NCBI GenBank assembly: GCA_012295275.1 | Contig: CM022667.1 | Span: 4,836,001 to 4,900,000, forward strand | Direction: 5' to 3' | Length of the DNA stretch: 64,000 nt | Source: Chrysomallon squamiferum | Lineage: Eukaryota > Animalia > Mollusca | Shown: positions 1-12,696 of the stretch, piece by piece | Layout of the letters: the number at the start of each line of letters is the position of its first letter | Position numbering within the stretch: position 1 is the first letter of the stretch | Notes under the pieces: generated by a model | Told to the model about the DNA's origin: nothing | Seen by the model: only the letters and a program-made list of their open reading frames with translations | Database searches by the model: none | Translations under genes and position numbers: made by a program

Positions 1-1361
1 TGTTTGTCTACCTCTCTGTTTGTGTGTGTATTTGTCTGTTTTCTGTTTATCCTTCTCTGTATATGAAACGTTAATATGATTAATTTGAAATTCAGTATTA
101 ATTTGAAGACGTTTGCTTTGAATTGTAGTCATCATCTTTAGAGCAAACACACAAACAAATAAACAAACAAATAAACAAATAAATAAAGAAAGAAAGAAAG
201 AAAATAAATAAACAAGCAAACAGTCAAACAAACAAACAAAATAAATTAGCAATCAAATAAACAAATAAATACAATTTAATTTTGAATATATTGTAGAACT
301 GACTTTTACACGGTAAAACTGGCTGATAAAACCAAAGTAACAAAATGATTTACTTACCGGCTGGTTGTAACTTGTTGTGTGGACGAAGTCGGAAAGTTAA
401 AATGAAGCGAACGAAACACGAAGCAACTTGTGAACAGATCCCCGAGTACTCTTATCAGCACTCAGGAAGTGTCATCAGGGCGGTGCCGTCGTGCAGGAAA
501 GGGGAGGTAACTAGGAAGTAAAGCGATAAGAGGCAAAGAAGTTTAATACTCTTATTTAAAAAAAACCTCTCCTGTGTTGGCGTGACCTCTTTACTTCATT
601 GCTTCACTTCCGCTGTTTATTTCAGTTCTGTAAAGTGGGTATGGGTTGTAGTCTGCTGGTTAGAGCGCTCGTCTAGTTGACGATTCTGAAAGGATTTCTC
701 TTGTTTGTTATCCCGAGTAGCCTCTAGTGCAGAACAAGTCAGACAGTTTGATGTATATCGTTGGCTCTGCGCCAAAGACAGATTTATATCGTATGTGTGG
801 CAATGAGTACGGCATTATACTAATTCAACTTTAGTAATTTTGGCATAATATTTATTTAGGTCGTTCATCTTCTTGTTTGCTGGTACCATAAATATTACCA
901 TTTAGTGGTACAAACAGACGTTGCAAGAAGAAATCGAAGAGCCCGATCATAAAATCACAGACTCGGAAATCTTCGGACATGTTTGAATCGTCTTAATCGT
1001 GACGTAGAGGTCAGCTGATTAGCACGTGACAGCTTTTAAGAACAAAATGCTTAACACAGCTTTTACAAAATACAATTAGTCTAAATGTTATTAAAATGTT
1101 AATTAAACTTTCTTAATCAGATTTCTTTTGCGGAATCAAAATTCAGTTAAAGGTAAGTCAAAGTTTTAGACTGCACGGTAGGTGGAGTTAAAACAATCAA
1201 AAAGTCAACAATATTAAAAAAGATCTAAAACAAGTTTGGATAGCATGGCGGTTCTTTCAACTGTGCGATTTGTATAGTTTTTCAACATTTATCTCCCTTT
1301 ACAACTTCCATACTACTTTTACAAAATTCACCCATACATCCACCTACCCATCAATACGTAC

Positions 1362-1396
<35 letters not shown>

Positions 1397-1786
1397 AACA
1401 CACAGACACGCGCACGCCAACACACGCAATCACTTTATTATAACTATCTTATAAAAAAAAAAGAACCCAAAACAAAATAACAAAAAAACCCAGTTAATAT
1501 TTATGATATTACGACATCAAAATATTTCAAATTTTCCCCTGAAATGTGTTGGAACTGCCTGTGAAAATGTGATCATTTTTTCAAACGTGCAGAGATAATC
1601 TATGCAAACAAAGTTCTGATAACATTGTTTTTTACTGCATATCACACTAGCTTAGATTTTTAGCTTAGGACAACAAAGCAGAAAAAAAAAAAAAAAAAAA
1701 AAAAAAGAAAGAAAAAAAAAAGAAATGAAAATTTAATCTGGTAATATTTAAACTTTAATAAATAATAATAATAATAATAATAATAA

Positions 1787-1825
<39 letters not shown>

Positions 1826-4800
1826 TTACTATTATTTAGTACAGTACTGAAATAAACTCAGATAAGATGATTATATTAGAAATAGTTTATTACGTGAGTG
1901 GATATCAGTAAATAAGCTAAACAACCTTGTTCGTGTATCATCTGTATGTTATTTAGTACAAAAACTGAAGTGTCGGTGTCTTAGATTACAAACAACCTAT
2001 TACTCGTCTTTATCATCTGTATGTTATTTAGTACAAAACTGAAGTGTCGGTGTCTTAGATTACAAACAACCTATTACTCGTCTTTATCATCTGTATGTTA
2101 TTTAGTACAAAAACTGAAGTGTCGGTGTCTTAGATTACAAACAACCTATTACTCGTCTTTTTATCATCTGTATGTTATTTAGTACAAAACTGAAGTGTCA
2201 GTGTCTTACATTACAAACAACCTATTACTCGTCTTTATCATCTGTATGTTATTTAGTACAAAAACTGAAGTGTCGGTGTCTTAGATTACAAACAACCTAT
2301 TACTCGTCTTTATCATCTGTATGTTATTTAGTACAAAAACTGAAGTGTCGGTGTCTTAGATTACAAACAACCTATTACTCGTCTTTATCATCTGTATGTT
2401 ATTTAGTACAAAAACTGAAGTGTCAGTGTCTTACATTACAAACAACCTATTACTCGTCTTTATCATCTGTATGTTATTTAGTACAAAAACTGAAGTGTCG
2501 GTGTCTTACATTACAAACAACCTATTACTCGTCTTTATCATCTGTATGTTATTTAGTACAAAAAAACTGAAGTGTCGGTGTCTTACATTACAAACAACCT
2601 ATTACTCGTCTTTATCATCTGTATGTTATTTAGTACAAAAACTGAAGTGTCAGTGTCTTAGATTACAAACAACCTATTACTCGTCTTTATCATCTGTATG
2701 TTATTTAGTACAAAAACTGAAGTGTCGGTGTCTTAGATTACAAACAACCTATTACTCGTCTTTATCATCTGTATGTTATTTAGTACAAAAACTGAAGTGT
2801 CGGTGTCTTAGATTACAAACAACCTATTACTCGTCTTTATCATCTGTATGTTATTTAGTACAAAAACTGAAGTGTCGGTGTCTTAGATTACAAACAACCT
2901 ATTACTCGTCTTTATCATCTGTATGTTATTTAGTACAAAAACTGAAGTGTCGGTGTCTTAGATTACAAACAACCTATTACTCGTCTTTATCATCTGTATG
3001 TTATTTAGTACAAAAAACTGAAGTGTCGGTGTCTTAGATTACAAACAACCTATTACTCGTCTTTATCATCTGTATGTTATTTAGTACAAAAACTGAAGTG
3101 TCGGTGTCTTAGATTACAAACAACCTATTACTCGTCTTTATCATCTGTATGTTATTTAGTACAAAAACTGAAGTGTCGGTGTCTTAGATTACAAACAACC
3201 TATTACTCGTCTTTATCATCTGTATGTTATTTAGTACAAAAAACTGAAGTGTCAGTTTCTTAGATTACAAACAACCTATTACTCGTCTTTATCATCTGTA
3301 TGTTATTTAGTACAAAACTGAAGTGTCGGTGTCTTAGATTACAAACAACCTATTACTCGTCTTTATCATCTGTATGTTATTTAGTACAAAAACTGAAGTG
3401 TCGGTGTCTTAGATTACAAACAACCTATTACTCGTCTTTATCATCTGTATGTTATTTAGTACAAAAACTGAAGTGTCGGTGTCTTAGATTACAAACAACC
3501 TATTACTCGTCTTTATCATCTGTATGTTATTTAGTACAAAAACTGAAGTGTCGGTGTCTTAGATTACAAACAACCTATTACTCGTCTTTATCATCTGTAT
3601 GTTATTTAGTACAAAAACTGAAGTGTCAGTTTCTTAGATTACAAACAACCTATTACTCGTCTTTATCATCTGTATGTTATTTAGTACAAAAACTGAAGTG
3701 TCGGTGTCTTAGATTACAAACAACCTATTACTCGTCTTTATCATCTGTATGTTATTTAGTACAAAAACTGAAGTGTCGGTGTCTTAGATTACAAACAACC
3801 TATTACTCGTCTTTATCATCTGTATGTTATTTAGTACAAAAACTGAAGTGTCGGTGTCTTAGATTACAAACAACCTATTACTCGTCTTTATCATCTGTAT
3901 GTTATTTAGTACAAAAAACTGAAGTGTCGGTGTCTTAGATTACAAACAACCTATTACTCGTCTTTATCATCTGTATGTTATTTAGTACAAAAACTGAAGT
4001 GTCGGTGTCTTAGATTACAAACAACCTATTACTCGTCTTTATCATCTGTATGTTATTTAGTACAAAAACTGAAGTGTCAGTTTCTTAGATTACAAACAAC
4101 CTATTACTCGTCTTTATCATCTGTATGTTATTTAGTACAAAAACTGAAGTGTCGGTGTCTTAGATTACAAACAACCTATTACTCGTCTTTATCATCTGTA
4201 TGTTATTTAGTACAAAAACTGAAGTGTCAGTTTCTTAGATTACAAACAACCTATTACTCGTCTTTATCATCTGTATGTTATTTAGTACAAAAACTGAAGT
4301 GTCGGTGTCTTAGATTACAAACAACCTATTACTCGTCTTTATCATCTGTATGTTATTTAGTACAAAACTGAAGTGTCAGTTTCTTAGATTACAAACAACC
4401 TATTACTCGTCTTTATCATCTGTATGTTATTTAGTACAAAAACTGAAGTGTCGGTGTCTTAGATTACAAACAACCTATTACTCGTCTTTATCATCTGTAT
4501 GTTATTTAGTACAAAACTGAAGTGTCGGTGTCTTAGATTACAAACAACCTATTACTCGTCTTTATCATCTGTATGTTATTTAGTACAAAACTGAAGTGTC
4601 GGTGTCTTAGATTACAAACAACCTATTACTCGTCTTTATCATCTGTATGTTATTTAGTACAAAAACTGAAGTGTCAGTTTCTTAGATTACAAACAACCTA
4701 TTACTCGTCTTTATCATCTGTATGTTATTTAGTACAAAAACTGAAGTGTCGGTGTCTTAGATTACAAACAACCTATTACTCGTCTTTATCATCTGTATGT

Positions 4801-6080
4801 TATTTAGTACAAAAACTGAAGTGTCGGTGTCTTAGATTACAAACAACCTATTACTCGTCTTTATCATCTGTATGTTATTTAGTACAAAAACTGAAGTGTC
4901 AGTTTCTTAGATTACAAACAACCTATTACTCGTCTTTATCATCTGTATGTTATTTAGTACAAAAACTGAAGTGTCGGTGTCTTAGATTACAAACAACCTA
5001 TTACTCGTCTTTATCATCTGTATGTTATTTAGTACAAAACTGAAGTGTCGGTGTCTTAGATTACAAACAACCTATTACTCGTCTTTATCATCTGTATGTT
5101 ATTTAGTACAAAAACTGAAGTGTCGGTGTCTTAGATTACAAACAACCTATTACTCGTCTTTATCATCTGTATGTTATTTAGTACAAAACTGAAGTGTCGG
5201 TGTCTTAGATTACAAACAACCTATTACTCGTCTTTATCATCTGTATGTTATTTAGTACAAAACTGAAGTGTCAGTTTCTTAGATTACAAACAACCTATTA
5301 CTCGTCTTTATCATCTGTATGTTATTTAGTACAAAAACTGAAGTGTCGGTGTCTTAGATTACAAACAACCTATTACTCGTCTTTATCATCTGTATGTTAT
5401 TTAGTACAAAAACTGAAGTGTCAGTTTCTTAGATTACAAACAACCTATTACTCGTCTTTATCATCTGTATGTTATTTAGTACAAAAACTGAAGTGTCGGT
5501 GTCTTAGATTACAAACAACCTATTACTCGTCTTTATCATCTGTATGTTATTTAGTACAAAAACTGAAGTGTCGGTGTCTTAGATTACAAACAACCTATTA
5601 CTCGTCTTTATCATCTGTATGTTATTTAGTACAAAAACTGAAGTGTCGGTGTCTTAGATTACAAACAACCTATTACTCGTCTTTATCATCTGTATGTTAT
5701 TTAGTACAAAAACTGAAGTGTCGGTGTCTTAGATTACAAACAACCTATTACTCGTCTTTATCATCTGTATGTTATTTAGTACAAAACTGAAGTGTCGGTG
5801 TCTTAGATTACAAACAACCTATTACTCGTCTTTATCATCTGTATGTTATTTAGTACAAAAACTGAAGTGTCGGTGTCTTAGATTACAAACAACCTATTAC
5901 GCGTCTGCATAATCTGCCTGTAAATAAAGGTATTACGTAAATTACACATGATGTAAATAATTTTTTGTGTGTGTGGATTATAAAAAGTTAAGTGACGTTA
6001 TTTGAGATTGGTGTCTGAATGCTGGTTGACGCATTCTTCTCTAAGTCTGTGCTCAGAGTTAGTTACATTATAGATTTTCC
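1..6080. repeat. Segmental duplicate of 16635-18795 (5' region of a second ZP-domain gene copy plus intergenic DNA, interrupted by the 75-bp array)
   Basis: Base 1 (tgtttgtctacctct) aligns to 16635 (tatttgtctacctct), offset ~16634. The two regions are collinear and near-identical through the CA/AAT microsatellites to 1936/18530. Alignment resumes after the array (5900/18600) and stops at ~6080/~18795. Confidence 0.95.
1936..5900. repeat. 75-bp minisatellite, ~53 near-perfect tandem units
   Basis: Unit is tatcatctgtatgttatttagtacaaaaactgaagtgtcggtgtcttagattacaaacaacctattactcgtctt (75 nt), head-to-tail with no spacers. Variants: A-run of 4-7, gtcggtgt/gtcagttt/gtcagtgt, and ttagatt/ttacatt. 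Confidence 0.98.
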
Positions 6081-7438
6081 ATTATCTTTACCTCAGTCAT
6101 TATAACGAACTGTTCCAGATTACCTGGAGAGCGATTATTATTCCATAAATACAGTAACATCTCGCTTAAGGATATTGAAATAGAAGTTTAATAGTTAATT
6201 GTTCGAAATAAATGATACAAATGGATACAATGCATGTTTTTAAATCCGTTTTCTTTCGTTTTTCGTTCAGTCACGAGCTTCTCTCAGCTGTGTTGATCAG
6301 CTGACGCCTCAGTCTGGTATTCTGATTCTCTTTTCTCTTCAGCTTCGATTTAGTCTTAAACTCGTTTGTAATTTACCCTTCCAATATGTCAAAACGAATA
6401 ACAGTATACCGGCGAATGCTGATGATAAAAGAAACGGAAGACAATAACTTTCGAAACAAAATACATTATCTTAAATGAATCCAAAACCCACAAAAATGAA
6501 CCCACAATGAGCGGCATATAATTATTTCTTAATGTATTTGTATAAATTGATTTGTAAATGATTTAATGTTTACTTAATATCTATAATCTATTAAATCATT
6601 TATGTCTAAACTGCCGTTTTATTTCTCCTTATTTAACCTCTTTTTTTATGTCAAATTTCATCAGCGAGAAAGTAACCACTGCTTTTAACCTTAATTCTAT
6701 ATAAATTAGTCTCCTGCTTAACGATACCTCACTTCACTATCGGAAATTTAGAACCAATTACATCTTTAATCTGAGGTATTATTGTAGTATGGATATCGCT
6801 TATCGCATAAAGTATGCAAATATGACAAATATCGAAATAATCTATGTATCGAATGTAGTGAATGTAAATAATTAAAAAAGAAGGTATACATCTAAAAGTA
6901 TTCCCAATGATTTGGTCCTTCGTATAAACTTTTTCAGTCACAGCCAAAGTATTTGCAGGTCATAATATCTTTAGTGTACATACTATTAATATCCTATGTG
7001 ATATATATTGTATAATATGTGCACAATGTGTATATGTATGTGTGCATAACGTAAATATGACCAGTAACAGATATCTTGAACATGTTTAAGCTGAATATGG
7101 TTTAATTCGAACAGTTAATAATAAATGTAACGTTCACATATTCTATTTACTGAATATAAGTGAATTACTCGTATGTAAAATATGTTTTTTTTTTGTTTGT
7201 TTTTTTAAATTATATTGTTGAATAAAATTAGTTATTCATAATAATATTTTTGTCGTTTTCTTTTACAGAAGGAAACCATGAGAAGTAACAAAAAAATACA
7301 TTGTGCCGCTTTTTTCTTTTCTTTTCTTTTCTTTTATTCTCTTTTTAATAGATAGATGAAACTGATGTAAAATTGTTTATAATTGGTCTGTTGTTTTGTT
7401 ACGGAAAGGAAATGTTTATGAATTAGAAATGACCAGCT

Positions 7439-7469
7439 TAATAATAATAATAATAAATAATAATAATAA

Positions 7470-7500
<31 letters not shown>

Positions 7501-7660
7501 AATCCAAATAAGAATAAGAAGAATACGAATAATAATAATAGCAATAATAATAATAACAACAACAACAATAATAATAGTAATAATATTATAATAATAATAA
7601 TGTTGATGATTATGATGATGATAATGAGGAGGAGGAAGATGATGATGATAATAATGAAAA
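7439..7660. repeat. Compound trinucleotide microsatellite (AAT/AAG/AAC/GAT/GAG)
   Basis: Directly visible runs. They explain the low-complexity ORFs at 7396-7683 and 7438-7665. Confidence 0.95.
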
Positions 7661-7689
7661 AGCAAAAAATCTACGACAAATGAGTAGTG

Positions 7690-7872
7690 AACGCTTTTTC
7701 TGCTTTCGGATGATGTTACATAATCGATTTAGGAACAATGCGCTCCGCCTCTGAATGTTAGAAAGAAACCAGATGTATGTACAGGCCAAGTTCATTATAT
7801 ACAGAGGTAATCAAGTATTGCGGTAGAAGAGCTTTTTCTACAAACTGGGAATTCTACCAGATGGGAAGACAC
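7690..7872 (+). mobile_element. Possible decayed LINE (L2/CR1-like) ORF2 3' fragment
   Basis: One frame reads MYRPSSLYTEVIKYCGRRAFSTNWEF, loosely resembling the C-terminal Y-x-P...G-x-R-A-F-S...W-N-x-L-P motif of L2/CR1 ORF2. The sequence is absent from the paralogous position upstream of copy 2. The resemblance is short and judged by eye only. Confidence 0.3.
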
Positions 7873-7897
7873 CATTGCTTCAGTCAGTTGTTACACC

Positions 7898-8180
7898 ATG
7901 GGGACACTTCGTAGCTTGTACTTTTGTGTTGTCGTTATTGTGTTAATTTCGTTAGCTTATTTTCTGTTCATGTTAAATATTGATAATATACGTAAACGGT
8001 ATTTTTTTCGGGACAAATCACGAGTAAGGTAGGTGTTAAACTATTACCCGCATAACTCATTATAAAATATGAAAAGGAAGCTTGACACACTCTTTATTTC
8101 ATAGCGCCCAAAGATTCTCAAATCATGAAAAAGGGATTAACAACTTAATACGTATTCCAGTATATAAAAATAAAATTTTA

Positions 8181-8278
<98 letters not shown>

Positions 8279-9164
8279 TAATAATAATAATAATGATAAT
8301 AATAATGAAATTTAAAAAGGAAATCTTACGCTTATCAAATACCTTGAAGTGAGACGAAGAAAATCTAAATGTATATTCTACATACTGAATAGTTAGAACT
8401 TCATTTGTTGCTTTTCTCTCAAGTTACAATTAATATTCTGTGTCTGTGTGTGTGTTTAGTTTAAGATAGTATCTGTTAAACAACGAATAATATTTAAAAA
8501 AAATATATATGTTAAACACTAAAGTATTAATGGAAGGAAAAAAGACACTTTCAAAAAAGAAAAACAAAAACAAAAAACATTTTATGGAGAACAAAATCCT
8601 TTTCATCAGAGCTATATTATAATAAGATATATTACGTTTCATTTATGTTTCAGTTTTCTCTTCAGTACTTAATATTAAGCTCTTCAATTCATTTATGATA
8701 ATAAATTTTCGATAATTCCATGGTTGTCTGCCGGAGAACAGTTCAGACGGACATTCGAATGGACATTTGAACGGACATCGCTGGTTCTGTATCGGTTTTT
8801 TGCAACGATTCTGGCTGGTATACTCATTTAAATATAATACTGGCTTTACATTCATTTAGCAAAATTCTGCGATAAAAAAAAAGAAAGAAAAAAAAAAGAA
8901 AGAAAGAAAAAAGAAAACCCGTTGTAGACGGAGAACCAGACTTGTTCATCACAATGTCCTTCTAAGCTGTTTTACGCCAAAGAATAAAAGGGCTACTAGA
9001 CCTAGACCTAAACCAATGACATAATTAAGTGATTAACTTTTATAAATTGCTTTCTTTAAAAACAACTTGTAGCAGTTCTGAATCACTTCAGCAATTCTTT
9101 CGTAGATTATGATTCAGTGTGAAGTTATTTATTTATTAATTTGTTTGATTTCTTGTTTGTTGTC

Positions 9165-9217
<53 letters not shown>

Positions 9218-11742
9218 GTACGATGTTCAATAGATCACGTTTAGGTAGTTCTTTTCATAAATGGATTGTCATCACAACAATTTATGAGCCCAAAGATGAC
9301 GTCAGATTTATAGCGAAAATACCCGGATGGAAAGTTGTCGTTATTGGAGATAAAGAAACGCCCGCAGATTGGAGGTTTGATAAACTGACTTCTGTTTTCT
9401 TCTAACTTATTTATTTACTTTTGTACTTTATATCAAATTAACAAACCTATGTACATTTTCTATAAACCGACTACTTCTGCTATTCCTATTTCAACTTCTA
9501 CTACCACAACAACTACTACCACTACAATAACGACGACAGCTACTATAACTTCCACTGTTATTTCTACTACTACTACTGCTACTGCTACTACTACTTCCAC
9601 CACTAAAATTACTCCTATATCACTACTACTACTACGTCTTCTAATAATAATCTTGCAGCTGCTACTTTACATTTAATTAATGCTGCTGTCACTGGCAGGG
9701 TTTATTTCTATAAAATATTACGAAAAAATAACAAAATTTTATAATTAATCTTTTCATTCTTCTGCCAAATTATGTTCATTTGCTGTAATATCTTTAGTTA
9801 TCCCGGATGTATCTATCTTGATATCAAAACTCAACAACAGCTTGGATTCGAAAGCGTCGCTCTTCTTCCCACCGGAAGTTACGCACGGAAAAACGTCGGG
9901 TATCTTTACGCCATTTCCAGAGGAGCCAAATTCATTTATGAAACCGATGACGACAACAGACCAAACGATCTTTTACAAAACTTCATACTACAGCCCAGAA
10001 CGTCTGGTGTCATGTTTGCTGGCGAACACCTCTTCAATCCTTACCGCCATTTTGGACAGCCCACGCTATGGCCAAGAGGATATCCTCTGAATGCCGTTGG
10101 CGACAACGTGTCCAGCAACTACTTCCTCGACACGTGGAAAACACCTTCCATACAACAAGGACTTGTCAATGGTGATCCAGATATGGACGCTGTTTTTAGA
10201 CTCACACGGAAAAAATCATCTTCAAGATTGAACGTAACTTTCGATAATCGTGCACCATCTGTGTTCGTACCACCTGGAGTTTTCTCCCCTTTCAATTCGC
10301 AGAACACTTTATTTCTGTACGACGCATTGTGGGCGTTGCTATTGCCCACGTCTGTAACCATAAGAGTGTGCGACATCTGGCGGGGATACTGGGCACAACG
10401 TCTTCTCTGGGAAATGGGATCGACTCTTGGATTCTTTCCGCCGAACGCTTTTCAGAAAAGAAATTCTCATTCGTATCTGAAAGACGCCGTGCAAGAGAAA
10501 GATCTTTACTTCGAAACAAACAGACTTTTGTCTTTCCTCGCTGGCTGGATCTGTGAGTCAAAACTGAGTTTCTTTTCTTGTGTAGAAAGACTCAGTCGAA
10601 ACATGGCCGCAGAGAATTTCTGGAAGGTAGAAGACGCAAGATTAACCGAAGCATGGCTCAGAGATTTGAGGAAGGCTGGTTATGTCGAACCAAAGCGTGT
10701 ACAGTCGAGAGATAAAAATGGACGCTTTGTTTTTCCAAAAGGCTTCAGTGATACGCAGACGACTTTAGAATTCAGACCTGATGAAAAGCAACTTCCTCTT
10801 CCGCAGACGTCAACTTTCAAACAATCCACAAAACTGAACCATGTTGAATCGGTGTCTGCTGTTTGTCCAAACGTAACGTTAAATCTACCCCCGTACGTGT
10901 TACAGCAGGCCACACCCATTTACTCGAACATCCTCTTGATAATAGTGTTCAACTTTCCTCATTACGAAAACGTCCGATTACTGGAGGTGATTTATAACCT
11001 GCATTTTCCACAAAGACTCTACTGTGGACCTGACGTGAAACGTTTTAGACAAACCACCGAGCGACAAGTCACGTTTATAGAAGTGAATATAAACAGAGGT
11101 TTCGTCGGCTACGAATGCATGCTTAGAGCCATGCAAATGAACTACAACGTGGACGGCTTTCTCCACGTCGCTGACGACACTCTGCTGAACGTATGGAACC
11201 TGAAATCACTTCAAACCGATCGTGTTTGGTACGGTGACTCTGCGAATGTGTTGAGAATAAAAAAAAAACGATCGAGGTGGCCATGGGTGAACAGACCTAT
11301 AGGCAGACGTGCCTACGTGTCCTCGCTTCAAGAGATTAGACATTCAAACAAGTCAGTGTACGCGGACTTCAAACGAGTTCTGAGAAAGAACACGCATTTC
11401 GCAGACGGGTTCTATCACCAGTCGTCAGACATAGTGTACATTCCTCTACGTTTGAAAGAGAAGTTTATATTTATCAATCGAATATTTCTGAAACACAAAC
11501 TCTTCTTGGAAATTGCTTTTGCGACTTTCGTTGGTGGAGTCGAGCATCTTAACAACGTCACGTATCTAAAAGGAAGATATCTTTGGTACGACGGATCAAG
11601 AAACCACATAGAAAAGTATTTTAACAAAGATGCGCATTTCCTGCACCCTGTCAAACTGCTGCGTGAGTTCAGCAACGCTAAAGGAAAGAAGTTTTATTGT
11701 GAAACGTATCTTCCACTGACCCTGCCTGGTGTAACAGTGTAA
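7898..11742 (+). CDS. STELLO-like (DUF288) putative glycosyltransferase, copy 1; 3 coding exons, type II membrane protein
   Basis: Exons 7898-8028 (MGTLRSLYFCVVVIVLISLAYFLFML, signal-anchor), 9219-9374 (KWIVITTI...GWKVVVIGDKETPADW; alternative in-frame acceptor 15 nt downstream) and 9798-11742. Both introns are GT-AG, phase 2. Motifs SYARKNVGYLYAI, YETDDDN, FNPYRHFG..LWPRGYPL, QQGLVNGDPD, PFNSQNTLF, DIWRGYWAQRLLW, GFLHVADDTLLNVWNL and HPVK match plant STELLO / nematode DUF288 proteins as I recall them. Confidence 0.92.
8181..8306. repeat. (AAT)n microsatellite in intron 1
   Basis: Directly visible. A shorter counterpart lies at ~21057-21136. Confidence 0.95.
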
Positions 11743-11814
11743 CAGTGTAACAGCGTAACAGTGTAACAGTGTAACAGCGTAACAGTGTAACAGTGTAACA
11801 GCGTAACAGTGTAA
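11731..11814. repeat. 8-bp tandem repeat (gtaacagY)x10 spanning the stop codon of copy 1
   Basis: Units end T,T,C,T,T,C,T,T,C,T. There are six units at 24579-24626 in copy 2. Confidence 0.95.
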
Positions 11815-12635
11815 ACTATGTCCAGTCCGTCAGACTTCGTTTGTTGATTTAAGTTGTTTTGTTCTGGCGACGTTCTTAACATGCAGAGAGTGTGACGAAA
11901 TGGAAGAAAAAAAAAAAAAACTTACATAGAATTGTTTCATTCAAAATAACTGACTTCGTGTCTACTTCCTTTTTGTATAAAAATGGAAGAAAAAGCACAA
12001 GATCGTAATTTATTTGTTTTATTAAATTATTGTACACAAAACAAAATTTCTTCTTTTTCCGCTTAAAATAAAAAGCACAAGATCGTGTTATTATTATTGT
12101 TATTTTTAATATAAATTATTAAAGGATATAAAAGTGTAATTTTTAAAATAAATTCTATTTAATAAAGAATTTAATAATAATAAAACTAATAAATGAGCAT
12201 AAGCATAAACTATTTTCATGAGTATCAAAATTTTATTTATAATTTAGAGACTATTAATTAAAGCGGGTTTTAAATGTATTTTAAATCCTTTATATATATA
12301 TATATATATATATATGTTTAATAATTAAATTAAAAGTGGACTGATTTAATATTTACATTACACGTGATTTGTTCTGTACTAAGTACCGTTTACGTACATT
12401 AACATGATCAGAAAATACGTTAACGAAATTAACACCATAACGACCACAAAATAATGCAGCTAGGAAATGTCGTCTTGGTGTAATAACTTTCTGTGAAGAT
12501 TTTTCTGTTAACTTTTAACACTAGAACAGCTGTCGATGACATATTAAAACCACATAAAAAGTTTCACCGCATGGGAGTAATCCCGGTAATCAAAACACTA
12601 CAGTATGGTTAAATAATTATAATAATAATAATAAT

Positions 12636-12696
<61 letters not shown>

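Noticed and set aside
2172-5790. Cys-rich 25-aa repeat protein ORFs (LKCRCLRLQTTYYSSLSSVCYLVQK)n
   Set aside because: Artefact of a 75-nt (3x25) unit with a stop-free frame. Frames break at A-run length changes, and the paralogous single unit is intergenic.
1936-5900. CRISPR-like array
   Set aside because: Units are contiguous 75-bp copies with no unique spacers, there are no cas genes, and the context is eukaryotic.
8715-8945. GC-richer intronic segment with short repeats (ggacatt x3, agaaccag/ctggttct) as a MITE
   Set aside because: No clear terminal inverted repeats or target-site duplication could be identified.
9449-9676. Thr-rich mucin-like exon within intron 2 (also 22264-22521 and 27753-28358)
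   Set aside because: An (ACT)n-derived tract with no convincing acceptor/donor pair. The frame drifts into poly-Leu/Ile, and exons 2 and 3 already join in phase.
9818-11675. Overlapping and antisense ORFs repeated in all three glycosyltransferase copies
   Set aside because: Shadow ORFs whose recurrence simply reflects near-identity of exon 3.
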